The notes below the pieces were generated by a model that was given only the letters and a program-made list of their open reading frames with translations, was not told the origin of the DNA and searched no databases. A program made the position numbers and the translations under genes. From Gammaproteobacteria bacterium (GTDB taxonomy: Bacteria > Pseudomonadota > Gammaproteobacteria > Steroidobacterales > PWYM01), in NCBI GenBank assembly GCA_007693855.1, contig RECU01000042.1, positions 11,733 to 75,732 on the forward strand: 64,000 nucleotides of DNA, written 5' to 3'. Shown one piece after another: positions 9,433 to 19,746 of the stretch; positions within the stretch are counted from its first letter, which is position 1; each line of letters opens with the position of its first letter.

Positions 9433-9925
9433 CCTGCTCGTCGGTTTCCGGCGAGCGTTCATGCCGCCAGGATTTCTCGACCCCACGCCACCAGTCCGCC
9501 AGCTGCGCCAGCGCCTCCTCCGGGCTTGCGCCCTGCGCCACCAGCCAGCAGGCCACCACCATTCCGGTACGGCCGATGCCGGCCCGACAATGCAGGTAGA
9601 CGCCGCGACCGGCAGCCAGCTCGGCATCGATGTGGGCGAGAATGTCATCCATGAGGTCCGGGTGCTCGGGCACGCCGTGATCCGGGATCGGGAAACGCCG
9701 GTGCCGGGGCAACAACCCGCGCAGCTCCGCCTCGGCCTGCAGCAGGTGGGCATAGGCCGGCAGCTCGTGGGGCGCGGTGAGGTCGACCAGGCTGTCGACC
9801 CCCGCATCGAGCAGACGGGCCAGGCGTCGCCGCGCCGCGGGCGCCGTCGCCGCGGCGGGATACTCACCCGCCAGAAACGCTCCCGGACGCACCCAGTAAC
9901 AGTCGCCATGGGGACGGGCCTTCAT
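9383..9925 (-). CDS. Dual-specificity / Cys-based protein phosphatase family protein
   Basis: Last 180 aa of ORF 9383..11248 from MKARPHGDCYWV. Active-site loop HCRAGIGRTG (HCx5R). ATGA overlap with the upstream MFS gene. Confidence 0.8.
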   Translation of the reverse strand: MKARPHGDCYWVRPGAFLAGEYPAAATAPAARRRLARLLDAGVDSLVDLTAPHELPAYAHLLQAEAELRGLLPRHRRFPIPDHGVPEHPDLMDDILAHIDAELAAGRGVYLHCRAGIGRTGMVVACWLVAQGASPEEALAQLADWWRGVEKSWRHERSPETDEQVSFVEAWGARRRFARD

Positions 9926-11100
9926 CGAACCCCCTCGGTCAGCACTGGCGCGACCGGCCGGAAGGCCAGCAGGAACACGCCATAGGCGGCGCACACGCCG
10001 GCCACGGCCCAGGCAAAGCCGTGCGGCGGCATGAGATCCATCACCGCGCCCATGACTGGCGGCCCAGTCATCTCGCCGACGCCGAACATCAGCACGAACG
10101 CACCGTTCGCCGCGGCCAGCCGTCCGCCCTGGAAGCGCTGACCCAGCAACGTGAGTCCAAGCGTATAGAGGCCGATCAGTCCACCGCCGATGACGAACAG
10201 CAGCAGCGAGCGCGGCAGCACAGCACCCATGGCCCACGGCAGCAGCAGGGCGCTGACCACCATCGCCGCCACCAGCAGCCGGAGCAGCCGCGCGCGATCC
10301 ATGCGGTCGGCCAGCCAGCCGACCAGCAGTGGACAGACCACCAACCCGCTGCCGGCGACCGCGACCATCCGCGCCGCGCTGGCGGTGTCGAAGCCCAGCG
10401 CCAGGCCATAGAGCGGCAGCAGGCTGAAGATCCCGAAATACAGTACCCCCATCAGCAAGGCGGCGCCGATGGCGTCGGGCGCGGCCCGCACGTAGCGCAG
10501 CACATCGCCCGCCTCGTGCACCGCCATGGGTGCCATCTGTCGGCCGGCAAACAGCAGGGGGAGGCCGGCCAGTGCCGTCATGCCCGCCGCCGCGGCAAAC
10601 GGCGCCCAACCCTCGATGCCCGTCACCGGCAGCACCAGCGCACCGATCACCAGGCCGAGCGACAGGACGGTGGAATACACGGCGATCACACGTCCGCGGG
10701 TGCGCTCGGTGGCCAGCTGGTTGATCCAGGTCTCGCTGACGATGAACAGCGCCGTGGCGGCCGCACCCATCAGGAAGCGGATCACGAACCATGCCGGAAT
10801 CGACGGCCAGAGCGGAAAAGCGATCAGGGTAACCAGCACGCCGCCGAGCGCGAGCAGCATGAACGGGCGCTGGCCGACGACGGCGATCAGGCGGGGCAGC
10901 ACCGGTGCCAGCAGAATGGCCGCCACCGCGGGCATGGCCGCGTTGAAGCCGATCACCGTGCGCGAGGCCCCCATGGTGTCCAGCAGCAGGGACAGCAGCG
11001 GCGTGGTGATGCCGAAGGTCACGCCCACCACGCTGATCGAGGCGATCACGGCCACCAGGCTGACATCGCGGGCAGGGGTTGGCGGGTTGACGGGGGTCAC
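9922..11100 (-). CDS. MFS transporter
   Basis: ORF 9922..11145 has about 12 hydrophobic segments. The likely start is GTG at 11100, preceded by AAGGA. ATG 11145 is the alternative. Confidence 0.8.
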   Translation of the reverse strand: MTPVNPPTPARDVSLVAVIASISVVGVTFGITTPLLSLLLDTMGASRTVIGFNAAMPAVAAILLAPVLPRLIAVVGQRPFMLLALGGVLVTLIAFPLWPSIPAWFVIRFLMGAAATALFIVSETWINQLATERTRGRVIAVYSTVLSLGLVIGALVLPVTGIEGWAPFAAAAGMTALAGLPLLFAGRQMAPMAVHEAGDVLRYVRAAPDAIGAALLMGVLYFGIFSLLPLYGLALGFDTASAARMVAVAGSGLVVCPLLVGWLADRMDRARLLRLLVAAMVVSALLLPWAMGAVLPRSLLLFVIGGGLIGLYTLGLTLLGQRFQGGRLAAANGAFVLMFGVGEMTGPPVMGAVMDLMPPHGFAWAVAGVCAAYGVFLLAFRPVAPVLTEGVR

Positions 11101-11234
11101 GGGCAATCCTTGTCCTATGCACGGCGGCGCGACCACAGGCCGCACCGGAAACCGGCAAGGCTAATGCAGGCCGCCGACAAGCTCCAGTGACGGCCCGCGG
11201 CAGCCCCGGGCCAGACGTGGCAAAATAATGGGTT

Positions 11235-11804
11235 ATGCGTATGACCACCGCTTCCGCCCGTCCCTCACGCCCGCGCCATGCGAGCGCACTGGCGGGAATG
11301 CTGCTGCTCGGCGCACTGCTGACCGGGGGCTGCGAGTGGGAAGAGGGCTACGGCCGCATCAACGATCCGGGGCCCCACCCGCTGGTCGGCGTCTGGCAGC
11401 AGGTCAGCATGGAAGTCTACCTTGACGACGATGACACCACCCGCGCCCTGGCGCTGGACGAGGCGCTGTGGGCCGACAGCGGCCTGGCCCCGGCAGAGAC
11501 CCGTTTCGCCGAGGACGGACTCTACCTGAGCGTCCAGCGCGATCTCGACGGCCGCGAGCTGCAGACCAGCAGCGGCTACTGGATCATCGACGAGGACGAA
11601 CTGATGCTGTTCCAGCGCGAGCCGGTGATGGAGCGCCAGGCCTATACCGTGAGCTTCCGCGGCGAGTTGCTGGTTCGCATGGAGAGCCTGGTGGACTGGA
11701 ACTCCGACGGCCAGGCCACCGATCGCCTGGTCACCGTCCAGCGGCGCCTGCGCGAAACCGAAACCACCCTGCCCGTCCCGGCAGCGCCAGCCCCGATCGA
11801 CTGA
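11235..11804 (+). CDS. Lipoprotein of unknown function
   Basis: Lipobox LLTGGC after the hydrophobic ALAGMLLLGA. The rest is acidic and beta-rich, and I recognise no family. Confidence 0.65.
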   Translation: MRMTTASARPSRPRHASALAGMLLLGALLTGGCEWEEGYGRINDPGPHPLVGVWQQVSMEVYLDDDDTTRALALDEALWADSGLAPAETRFAEDGLYLSVQRDLDGRELQTSSGYWIIDEDELMLFQREPVMERQAYTVSFRGELLVRMESLVDWNSDGQATDRLVTVQRRLRETETTLPVPAAPAPID

Positions 11805-11813
11805 CCCGGCAGC

Positions 11814-11835
11814 GCATCGTGGCAAGCCACGATGC
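11814..11835. promoter_or_regulatory. Perfect 10-bp-arm palindrome GCATCGTGGC-AA-GCCACGATGC between the lipoprotein gene and the hydrogenase operon
   Basis: Read directly from the sequence. It lies 10 nt after the lipoprotein stop and about 90 nt before the hyhB start. It could be an operator or a T-tract-less terminator. Confidence 0.35.
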
Positions 11836-11924
11836 CGGTGGCGCCGCGCGGGTGCTAGCGTCCCGGTGAACCTTGAACAGCGCGAGTGGCCGTGTGCCGC
11901 TCGCCGGGATGACCGGGCATCGTC

Positions 11925-13058
11925 ATGGCGTCTGCTGCCGCGTACCTCACCGACCGCGAAGGCCTCGACCGCCTGTTCGCCGCGCTGCGCGACGAGGGCC
12001 GGACACTCGTGGGTCCGCGGCTGGCCGACGGCGCGATCGTCTACGACCGTCTCGCCACCACCGCCGATCTGCCGGTCGGCTGGACCGACGAGCAGGACGC
12101 GGGACAGTACCGCCTGAGGCGTCGCGACGACCAGGCCCTGTTCGGCTACGTTGTCGGTCCGCAGTCCTGGAAAAAATTCCTGTTCCCGGCCGAGACCCGG
12201 CTCTGGCGTGCCGAGCGTACCGACAAGGGCATCGAGTTCCTGCCCACGCCCATCCCGGAGCAGCGTCATGCCTTCATCGGTGTACGCCCCTGCGAGCTGG
12301 CCGCCATCGGCATCCAGGATCGGGTGTTCACCGGCGGGCCGTACGTCGACGAGCGCTACGCCAGCCTGCGCGCCGGCGTCTTCATCGTCGCGGTCAACTG
12401 TGCCGAGGCCGCGGCCACCTGCTTCTGTCCGTCGATGGACACCGGACCGCGCAGCCGCGGCGGCCACGACCTGGCACTGACCGAACTGATCAGCGACGAG
12501 CGCCACGTCTTTCTGGTCGAGCCTGGCAGTGCCGCCGGCGAGGCGCTGCTCGAGACCCTGGGGTTCGCACCGGCCGAGGCGCACGACCGCGCCGAGTCGC
12601 AGGCGGCCAGCGCGCGCGCCGCCGAGCAGGCGGGACGCAGCATGCCGGTCGAGGGCCTGCGCGAGGCCCTGCTCACCCAGCCGGACAGCCCGCTGTGGGA
12701 CGAGATCGCCGAGCGCTGCCTGTCCTGCGCCAACTGCACCCTGGCCTGCCCAACCTGCTTCTGCCACACCATCGAGGATTCGGGCGACCTCAGCGGTGAC
12801 CACGCCGAGCGCTGGCAGCGCTGGGACTCCTGCTTCACGCGCGAGTTCTCCTACGTGCATGGCGGGGCCATCCGGCCCTCCTCGGGCTCGCGCTACCGCC
12901 AGTGGCTGACCCACAAGCTCGCCACCTGGTGGGACCAGTTCGACAGCTCGGGCTGCGTGGGCTGCGGCCGCTGCATCACCTGGTGCCCGGTGGGCATCGA
13001 CATCACCCGCGAGGCGGCGCGCTTCCAGGCCACTGCCCGCAAGGAGCCGGCGACATGA
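11925..13058 (+). CDS. hyhB: Hydrogenase beta subunit-like 4Fe-4S dicluster protein (AsrA/HydB-like)
   Basis: [16 protein letters not shown] and [12 protein letters not shown] ferredoxin-type motifs plus [12 protein letters not shown]. First gene of the hydrogenase array. Confidence 0.85.
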   Translation: MASAAAYLTDREGLDRLFAALRDEGRTLVGPRLADGAIVYDRLATTADLPVGWTDEQDAGQYRLRRRDDQALFGYVVGPQSWKKFLFPAETRLWRAERTDKGIEFLPTPIPEQRHAFIGVRPCELAAIGIQDRVFTGGPYVDERYASLRAGVFIVAVNCAEAAATCFCPSMDTGPRSRGGHDLALTELISDERHVFLVEPGSAAGEALLETLGFAPAEAHDRAESQAASARAAEQAGRSMPVEGLREALLTQPDSPLWDEIAERCLSCANCTLACPTCFCHTIEDSGDLSGDHAERWQRWDSCFTREFSYVHGGAIRPSSGSRYRQWLTHKLATWWDQFDSSGCVGCGRCITWCPVGIDITREAARFQATARKEPAT

Positions 13059-13507
13059 TCAGCGTGGAAGAACTCGCGCGTGAGCACCCCTTCATGCAGG
13101 GCCTCCCCGAGGAGGTCAGCAGCCTGCTCGCCGGCTGCGCGCGCAACGCCGTGTTCCGGCCCGACGAGCGCCTGACCCGCGAGAACGAGCCCGCGAGCGA
13201 TTTTTTCCTGGTCCGCGACGGACGGGTCGCGGTCGAGATTTTCGTGCCACGGCGCGGTCGCGTCACCATCCAGACCGCCGAGGCGGGTGAGGTGGTCGGG
13301 CTGTCATGGATGGCCGGCTCGCCGCGCTGGACCTTCGATTCCCGCGCCACCATGGCCACCCGCACGTTCGCCATCGATGTGGCCTGTGTCTACGCCAAGT
13401 GCGAAGAGGACCCGGCCTTTGGCTATGCGCTGATGAAGCGCTTCTCCCACCTGCTGCTGGGAAGGCTGCAGGCCACCCGCCTGCGCCTGCTGGACATGTA
13501 TGCCTGA
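13055..13507 (+). CDS. Stand-alone cyclic-nucleotide-binding (CAP effector-type) domain protein, no HTH
   Basis: From the ATG at 13055 (ATGA overlap with hyhB): [62 protein letters not shown]...AGEVVGLSW. 150 aa, ending before any DNA-binding domain. Confidence 0.8.
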   Translation: MISVEELAREHPFMQGLPEEVSSLLAGCARNAVFRPDERLTRENEPASDFFLVRDGRVAVEIFVPRRGRVTIQTAEAGEVVGLSWMAGSPRWTFDSRATMATRTFAIDVACVYAKCEEDPAFGYALMKRFSHLLLGRLQATRLRLLDMYA

Positions 13508-14366
13508 GTCGATGAATGCGATCGCCGAACAGGCCCGCGTCGCGCCTGCGATGCTGCCGGTCCGCTACCGCGTAACGCGCGCGATCCGCGAAAACGCCGA
13601 CGTGGTGACGCTGGAGATGTGCCCGGCCGACGGTGGCGAGGTGCCTGCCTTCGCGCCGGGCCAGTTCAACATGCTCTATGCCTTCGGCACCGGCGAGATC
13701 CCGATCTCGATGAGCGGCGACCCGGCCGATCGCAGCCGCTACGTGCACTCGATCCGCCGCGTGGGCATGGTCTCCGGTGCGCTCACCCGCCTGGAGACCG
13801 GCGACATGCTGGGCCTGCGGGGCCCGTTTGGCAGCGCCTGGCCGGTCGCCCGTGCCGAGGGCGGCGACGTGCTGGTGGCGGCCGGCGGAATCGGTCTCCT
13901 GCCGCTGCGCCCGGTGCTCTACCGGCTGGCAGCCGAGCGCGAGCGCTACGGCCGCGTGATGCTGCTCTACGGTGGCCGTCGCCCTGACGAGCTCGTGTTC
14001 AGCGACGAGCTCGAACACTGGCGCCGCGAGCACGGGATCGAGGTGCTGGTCACGGTGGACTTCGCCGATGACCGCTGGCATGGCCCGGTCGGCACGATCC
14101 TGCCGCTGCTCACGCGACTGCGCCTGCACCCGGAGCGGCTCACCGCCTTCGTCTGTGGCCCCGAGATCATGATGACCCGCACCATCGTCGAGCTGGCCAA
14201 CCGCGGGCTTGCGCACGAGCGCATGTATCTCTCGCTGGAACGCAACATGAAATGCGCGATCGGCCTGTGCGGGCACTGCCAGCTCGGCAGCCACTTCGTC
14301 TGCCGCGAGGGTGCGGTCTTCGACTACGCCCAGGCCGCGGCCCTGCTGCAGGTACCCGAACTGTGA
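13500..14366 (+). CDS. hyhG: Hydrogenase gamma subunit: FAD/NAD(P)-binding oxidoreductase with C-terminal 2Fe-2S site
   Basis: Ferredoxin-reductase-like fold ([38 protein letters not shown]) and a C-terminal [10 protein letters not shown]...FVC. 8-nt overlap with the upstream gene. Confidence 0.88.
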   Translation: MPESMNAIAEQARVAPAMLPVRYRVTRAIRENADVVTLEMCPADGGEVPAFAPGQFNMLYAFGTGEIPISMSGDPADRSRYVHSIRRVGMVSGALTRLETGDMLGLRGPFGSAWPVARAEGGDVLVAAGGIGLLPLRPVLYRLAAERERYGRVMLLYGGRRPDELVFSDELEHWRREHGIEVLVTVDFADDRWHGPVGTILPLLTRLRLHPERLTAFVCGPEIMMTRTIVELANRGLAHERMYLSLERNMKCAIGLCGHCQLGSHFVCREGAVFDYAQAAALLQVPEL

Positions 14367-15160
14367 ACGCCGCAAGTGACGCCGACACCCTGCCGAAGCT
14401 CGCGGTGTGGAAATTCGCCTCCTGCGACGGCTGCCAGCTGTCGCTGCTCGACTGCGAGGACGACCTGCTCACCGTGGCCGGACGCGTACACATCGCGCTG
14501 TTCCCGGAGGCCACCCGCGCGGTCAGCGAAGGCCCCTATCAGCTGTCGCTGGTGGAGGGTTCGATCACCACCGAGCACGATCGCCAGCGCATCCAGGAGA
14601 TCCGCGCACAATCGGAATTCCTGGTGACCATCGGCGCCTGCGCCACGGCCGGCGGCATCCAGGCGCTGAAGAATTTCGCCGATGTCGACGAGTTCATCCG
14701 CCAGGTCTATGCCCATCCGGAGTACATCAGCAGCCTGGCCGACTCGACCGCCATCGCCGATCACGTGCCGGTGGACTTCGAACTGCGCGGCTGCCCGATC
14801 AACAAGCACCAGCTGCTCGAGGTGATCTCGGCGTACCTCGGCCGCCGCCGGCCGCTGGTCTCACCCGAGGCCGTGTGCCTGGAGTGCAAGCGCGCCGGCA
14901 CGGTATGCGTGATGGTCGCGCACGGCACGCCCTGCCTCGGGCCGATCACCCACGCCGGCTGCGGCGCCCTGTGCCCGCGCTACGATCGCGGGTGTTTCGG
15001 CTGCTACGGCCCGAAAGATCTGCCCAACCCCGCAAGCCTGGCCGGCTGGCTGGGCAGCGAGCTCGGCGTGCGCAGTGACGAGCTTCGGCGGCTGCTGCGC
15101 AATTTCAACGCCAACGCGGATGCCTTCCGCCAGGAGAGCCTGCGCCATGACCCCGACTGA
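14363..15160 (+). CDS. hyhS: [NiFe] hydrogenase small (delta) subunit, cytoplasmic type (no Tat signal)
   Basis: GTG start in a GTGA overlap with hyh[32 protein letters not shown] and the distal cluster cysteines [12 protein letters not shown]...[15 protein letters not shown]...GCFGC. Confidence 0.9.
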   Translation: MNAASDADTLPKLAVWKFASCDGCQLSLLDCEDDLLTVAGRVHIALFPEATRAVSEGPYQLSLVEGSITTEHDRQRIQEIRAQSEFLVTIGACATAGGIQALKNFADVDEFIRQVYAHPEYISSLADSTAIADHVPVDFELRGCPINKHQLLEVISAYLGRRRPLVSPEAVCLECKRAGTVCVMVAHGTPCLGPITHAGCGALCPRYDRGCFGCYGPKDLPNPASLAGWLGSELGVRSDELRRLLRNFNANADAFRQESLRHDPD

Positions 15161-16451
15161 GGACGGCACCCGGACCATCCAGGTCGACACGCTGGCGCGC
15201 GTGGAGGGCGAGGGCGCGCTGTATCTGCGGATCGAGCAGGGGCAGCTGGCCGACCTCGCCTTCCGCATCTTCGAGCCCCCACGCTTTTTCGAAGCCTTCC
15301 TGCGCGGCCGCCACATGGGCGAGGCGCCGGACATCACCGCCCGCATCTGCGGGATCTGCCCGGTGGCCTACCAGATGAGTGCAGTGCATGCGATCGAACA
15401 GGCCTGCGGTGTAGCGTTGGGGCCGGAGCTTCGGGCACTGCGCCGCCTGCTCTACTGCGGTGAGTGGATCGAGAGCCACGGGCTGCATGTCTACATGCTG
15501 CATGCGCCGGACTTCCTGGGCTATGCCGGTGCGGTGGAGATGGCCCGTGATCACCGCGGGCTGGTGGAACTGGGGCTGAAACTGAAAAAGGCCGGCAACG
15601 ACATCGTCACGCTGCTCGGCGGGCGGGAGATCCACCCGATCAACGTGCGCCTGGGCGGGTTCTACCGCATCCCCGAGACCGCGCGCTTCGCCGAGCTGTG
15701 CGAACAGCTGAAGTGGGCGCGCGAGGCCGCCGAGACGACAGTGCGCACGGTGGCCGACTTCGACTTCCCGGACTTCGAGCAGGACTACGAATTCGTCGCC
15801 CTCAGCCATCCGGACGAGTACCCGATGAACGAGGGTCGTATCGTCTCCAGCCGTGGACTCGACATCGACGTCACGCAGTGGCCGGACTGGTTCGAAGAAG
15901 AGCATGTCGAGCGCTCCAATGCACTGCACTGCCGCCGGCGCGACGGCGGCCATTACATGGTCGGCCCGCTGGCGCGCTACGCCCTGAACCACGCGCGCCT
16001 GGGCGAGCGGGCCCGGGCGGCCGCGGCGGCCGCCGGGCTGGAGCCGGTATGCCGCAATCCCTTCCGCAGCATCATCGTGCGGGCGGTGGAAATGGTCGAG
16101 GCCTGCGACGAAGCCATCCGCATCCTCGAGGACTTCACCCCGCCGGAGCAGCCTTTCGTCGAGGTGCCGGCACGCGCCGGCACTGGGCACGCGGCCACGG
16201 AAGCGCCCCGCGGCCTGCTCTATCACCGCTATGTGATCGACGATGAGGGCCTGATCCAGGAGGCCCAGATCGTCCCGCCCACCTCGCAGAACCAGGGCCA
16301 GATCGAGGACGACCTGCGCGCCTTCGTCGCCCCGCGGCTGGCGCTCGACGACGACACGCTGCAGTGGCAGTGCGAGCAGAGCATCCGCAACTACGACCCC
16401 TGCATCTCCTGCGCCACGCACTTCCTGCGCCTGGACGTGGAGCGCACATGA
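15147..16451 (+). CDS. hyhL: [NiFe] hydrogenase large (alpha) subunit
   Basis: N-terminal RICGICP and C-terminal DPCISCATH Ni-Fe ligand motifs, with a 9-residue extension after the His for endopeptidase cleavage. Confidence 0.95.
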   Translation: MTPTEDGTRTIQVDTLARVEGEGALYLRIEQGQLADLAFRIFEPPRFFEAFLRGRHMGEAPDITARICGICPVAYQMSAVHAIEQACGVALGPELRALRRLLYCGEWIESHGLHVYMLHAPDFLGYAGAVEMARDHRGLVELGLKLKKAGNDIVTLLGGREIHPINVRLGGFYRIPETARFAELCEQLKWAREAAETTVRTVADFDFPDFEQDYEFVALSHPDEYPMNEGRIVSSRGLDIDVTQWPDWFEEEHVERSNALHCRRRDGGHYMVGPLARYALNHARLGERARAAAAAAGLEPVCRNPFRSIIVRAVEMVEACDEAIRILEDFTPPEQPFVEVPARAGTGHAATEAPRGLLYHRYVIDDEGLIQEAQIVPPTSQNQGQIEDDLRAFVAPRLALDDDTLQWQCEQSIRNYDPCISCATHFLRLDVERT

Positions 16452-16945
16452 GCCCGCGCGGGCCGCTGGTCATCGGCATCGGTCACCGGCTGCGCGGCGA
16501 CGATGCGCTCGGCCTGGAGGTGCTCGAGGCACTGCGTATCCGGCTGGCCGACCGGCCAGGGCCGGCACCACGGCTGCGCTGTCTGCCAGGGGACGCGACG
16601 GGGCTGCTCGCTGCCTGGGAGGGTGAGGACTGCGTGCTGGTGATCGATGCGCTGGCCGCGCCGGAGGCCGCCTCCGGGCAAAGCCCCGTCTGGCGCATCG
16701 ATGCACGGGCGGGCGCGCTGCCGGCGTTGTATGAACGCGCCTCGAGCCACGGCCTGGGGCTGGCCGAAGCGGTGGAACTCGGCCGCAGCCTCGAGCGGCT
16801 GCCGGCGCGGCTGGTGGTGTTCGCCGTGCGCGGCGAGTCCTTCGGTCGCCGTGAGGGCCTGTCGGCGGCGGCGCAGGCCGCCATCCGGCCTGCGGTCGCC
16901 GCGCTCGAGCATGAGCTCGCGGCCCTGGCGAAGGCGGCGGCCTGA
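16448..16945 (+). CDS. Hydrogenase maturation endopeptidase (HycI/HoxW family)
   Basis: ATGA overlap with hyh[17 protein letters not shown]...VLVIDA...[13 protein letters not shown] are typical of this family. Confidence 0.88.
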   Translation: MSPRGPLVIGIGHRLRGDDALGLEVLEALRIRLADRPGPAPRLRCLPGDATGLLAAWEGEDCVLVIDALAAPEAASGQSPVWRIDARAGALPALYERASSHGLGLAEAVELGRSLERLPARLVVFAVRGESFGRREGLSAAAQAAIRPAVAALEHELAALAKAAA

Positions 16946-17205
16946 TGCACGAGGCGGGACTGATGCGGGGGCTGATGGCGCGGATCCAGGCCGAGGCGCA
17001 GCGTGCGGGCGCCACGGAGGTCCGGCGCGTGCGGGTCTGGCTGGGGGCGCTGTCGCAGATGACGCCGGGGCATTTCGCCGAGCATTTCCACCAGGTCGCG
17101 CCGGGCACACTCGCCGAGCACGCGGCGCTGGACTGCGACTGCTCCGAAGATCCGTTCCATCCCGACGCCGCGGAAGTGCGGCTGGTGTCGATCGATGTCC
17201 GCTGA
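16945..17205 (+). CDS. hypA: Short HypA-like nickel metallochaperone (86 aa, lacks the CxxC zinc module)
   Basis: Starts [10 protein letters not shown] (HypA MHE Ni-binding N-terminus). The only cysteines are in LDCDCSED. The start overlaps the protease stop by 1 nt, and the end overlaps hypF by 11 nt. Confidence 0.7.
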   Translation: MHEAGLMRGLMARIQAEAQRAGATEVRRVRVWLGALSQMTPGHFAEHFHQVAPGTLAEHAALDCDCSEDPFHPDAAEVRLVSIDVR

Positions 17206-19501
17206 CCACGGGCGCGAGCACCTGGTGCTCGGCGGCCGGGTGCAGGGGGTGGGTTTACGACCCTTCGCCTGGCGACTCGCCCGCGAGTTGGGACTTGCCG
17301 GCCACGTCAGCAACTGCGGGGGGGAGGTGCACCTGGAACTGGAAGGCCCGGCGGCTGCGCGGGCCGAGTTCCAACGCCGACTGCTCGCCGACGCTCCGGC
17401 CCCCTGCATGCTGCGCGACTGCCAGGGCGTCGAACCCCGCGGCGAACCGGACTTCCAGGTCATCCCGGGCACGGTGGCCGAGGCCGCCAGCTTCCTGCCG
17501 CTGCGCGATGTCGCGCCCTGTGAGGACTGCCGGCGGGAACTGGCCGACCCGGCCGACCGACGCCACCGCTACCCGTTCATCGCCTGCAGCCGCTGCGGAC
17601 CGCGGCTGACGGTCACGCAGCGACTGCCCTGGGCGCGCGCAAACACGACCATGGCGGCGTTCCCGCTGTGTGCGGCCTGCGCCCGGGAGTTTGCCGACCC
17701 GGCCGACCGGCGCTTCCATGCCGAGATGACTGCCTGTCCAGACTGCGGGCCGCAACTCGCCTGGGCCGGGACAAACACCCCGGCGGCCGAGGTAGCGGCC
17801 ACGGGCACGGCGGCGCTGGCCGCCGCAGTGGCGTGTCTGCAGGCCGGCGGCATCCTCATGCTCAAGGGCGTCGGCGGCTACCAGCTGCTCTGCGACGCCA
17901 CGGACGCCCATGCGGTGACCCGCCTGCGCGCGCGCAAGCGGCGGCCGCGCAAGCCCTTCGCCGTGCTGGTCGCGGACCTGGCAGCGGCCGCCAGGCTCGC
18001 CTCGCTCGAGCCTGCCGAAGCGCAGGCGCTGGCAGGCCCCGCGGCGCCCATCGTGCTCACCCGTGCGCGCAACGGCCCGCCGCTGGCCGACGGCATCCAC
18101 CCGGGGCTCGCCTGGCTGGGCCTGATGCTGCCGGCCTCGCCGCTGCACCTGCTGCTGGCCGAGGCGGTCGGTGGGCCGCTGGTCTGTACCAGTGCCAACC
18201 TCGCCGGCGAGCCGCTGTGTCGGGACGATGCCGAGGCGCGGGCCGCCGTCGGCGCGCTGGCCGATGGCTGGCTGAGCCACGACCGCGCCATCGCCCTGCC
18301 CTGCGACGACCCGGTCGTCCGGATCATCGACGGCCGCCCCGTGACCCTGCGGGTGGGTCGCGGACTCGCCCCGCAGGTGATTGCGCTGCCTGCAGCGCTG
18401 CCGCCCTCCCCGCCTCTTGTTGGCACCGGCGGACACCTGAAAGCGGCCGTCGCCCTGGCCCGTGGCCACGAGGCGCTGCTCGGCCCGCATGTCGGCGATC
18501 TCGACACGCCGGCCAGCCGTGCCCGGCATGCCCAGGTCGCCGAGCAACTCTGCCGCCTCTACCACCACACCCCTGCCCAGACGGCCCACGACCGTCACCC
18601 CGATGACGCCGGTGCCGCGCTGGCCCGACGTCTTGGCACCGCCCCGCCGCTGGCGGTGCAGCATCACCATGCCCACGCGCTGGCCTGCGCGGCTGAACAT
18701 GGCTACACGGGCCCACTGCTCGCTGTCTGCTGGGACGGCACCGGCGCCGGCGACGACGGCACGGTGTGGGGCGGCGAGTGGCTGGCGATCGACGGTGCGC
18801 AGGCGCGACGGATGGCCTGGCTGATGCCGCTGCGCCTGGTCGGCGGCGAGGCGGCGATCCGCGACCCGCGGCGGGTGGCGATCGCGCTGCTCGCGGCCGC
18901 CGGGTGTCCGACCCCATGGCCCGCACTGCCTGAAGAGCGCAGCCCGCTGGCCACCGAGGCGCTGACAGCGCTCCTCGACCGCCCCTCGGCCGGGCCGCTG
19001 TGCAGCAGTGCCGGGCGGCTGCTCGACGGGTTGGCCGTACTGTGCGGACTGATCGGGACGGCAAGCTTCGACGGCGAGGCGGCCATGCGGCTGGAGAGTG
19101 CGCTGCCGGCAGGGGCCGCGCTGCCAGCGCCGCCGGCGGACGCCCGGCTCGGGCTGGTCCCCGCCAACAGCGGCCTGACCCTTGACTGGCGAGGACTGGT
19201 GCGCCGGGTGGTGACGGCGCGGACCGAGGGCAGCGAGGCCCCTGCCCTCGCGGCACTGGTGCATGGCGCCCTGGTGGCAGCGATCGTCGAGGTGGCGGGA
19301 CGGCTCGACATGCGGACGGTCGCCCTGGGCGGCGGCTGTTTCCAGAACCGCGCGCTGGTCGAGGGTGCGCGGCGCGGGCTCGAGGCGGCTGGCCACCAGG
19401 TCCTCGTGGCTGGCCGCATCCCGCCAAACGACGGCGGACTGGCCCTCGGCCAGGTGGTCGCCGCAGGCCGGGCCCTGGCCGCCGCAGCCGGCGGGCACTG
19501 A
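17195..19501 (+). CDS. hypF: Carbamoyltransferase HypF
   Basis: Acylphosphatase-like N-terminus (VQGVGLRPFAWRLA). Two zinc-finger pairs (CEDCRRELADPADRRHRYPFIACSRCGPR; CAACAREFADPADRRFHAEMTACPDCGPQ). YrdC-like and Kae1-like regions. Confidence 0.95.
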   Translation: MSADHGREHLVLGGRVQGVGLRPFAWRLARELGLAGHVSNCGGEVHLELEGPAAARAEFQRRLLADAPAPCMLRDCQGVEPRGEPDFQVIPGTVAEAASFLPLRDVAPCEDCRRELADPADRRHRYPFIACSRCGPRLTVTQRLPWARANTTMAAFPLCAACAREFADPADRRFHAEMTACPDCGPQLAWAGTNTPAAEVAATGTAALAAAVACLQAGGILMLKGVGGYQLLCDATDAHAVTRLRARKRRPRKPFAVLVADLAAAARLASLEPAEAQALAGPAAPIVLTRARNGPPLADGIHPGLAWLGLMLPASPLHLLLAEAVGGPLVCTSANLAGEPLCRDDAEARAAVGALADGWLSHDRAIALPCDDPVVRIIDGRPVTLRVGRGLAPQVIALPAALPPSPPLVGTGGHLKAAVALARGHEALLGPHVGDLDTPASRARHAQVAEQLCRLYHHTPAQTAHDRHPDDAGAALARRLGTAPPLAVQHHHAHALACAAEHGYTGPLLAVCWDGTGAGDDGTVWGGEWLAIDGAQARRMAWLMPLRLVGGEAAIRDPRRVAIALLAAAGCPTPWPALPEERSPLATEALTALLDRPSAGPLCSSAGRLLDGLAVLCGLIGTASFDGEAAMRLESALPAGAALPAPPADARLGLVPANSGLTLDWRGLVRRVVTARTEGSEAPALAALVHGALVAAIVEVAGRLDMRTVALGGGCFQNRALVEGARRGLEAAGHQVLVAGRIPPNDGGLALGQVVAAGRALAAAAGGH

Positions 19502-19503
19502 GC

Positions 19504-19746
19504 ATGTGCCTGGCCATCCCCGGCGAGATCGTGGCCCTGCATGGCGAGGACCCGCTGCTGCGGACGGCCGAAGTGTGCTTCGGCGGCGTCCGCCGCGAGG
19601 TCAGCCTGGCCTGCGTTCCCGAGGCGGGCCTGGGCGACCACGTGCTGGTGCATGCAGGACTGGCCATCGCCAGGCTTGAGCCGCAGCGGGCCGAAGCGGT
19701 CAGGCGCACGCTGGATGAGGCCCTCGCCGCCGGAGCGCGGAAATGA
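19504..19746 (+). CDS. hypC: Hydrogenase assembly chaperone HypC
   Basis: [11 protein letters not shown]-terminus with the essential Cys2; 80 aa. Confidence 0.93.
   Translation: MCLAIPGEIVALHGEDPLLRTAEVCFGGVRREVSLACVPEAGLGDHVLVHAGLAIARLEPQRAEAVRRTLDEALAAGARK

Noticed and set aside
9383-11248. 621-aa minus-strand ORF
   Set aside because: It is a composite open frame. Only the C-terminal 180 aa (phosphatase) is credible. The rest is an out-of-frame shadow of the MFS transporter gene, whose own frame (9922..11145) has clear TM segments.
11265-12914. 549-aa minus-strand ORF across the lipoprotein and hyhB genes
   Set aside because: It is antisense to two well-supported + strand genes and has no motifs. 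This is a GC-rich frame artefact.
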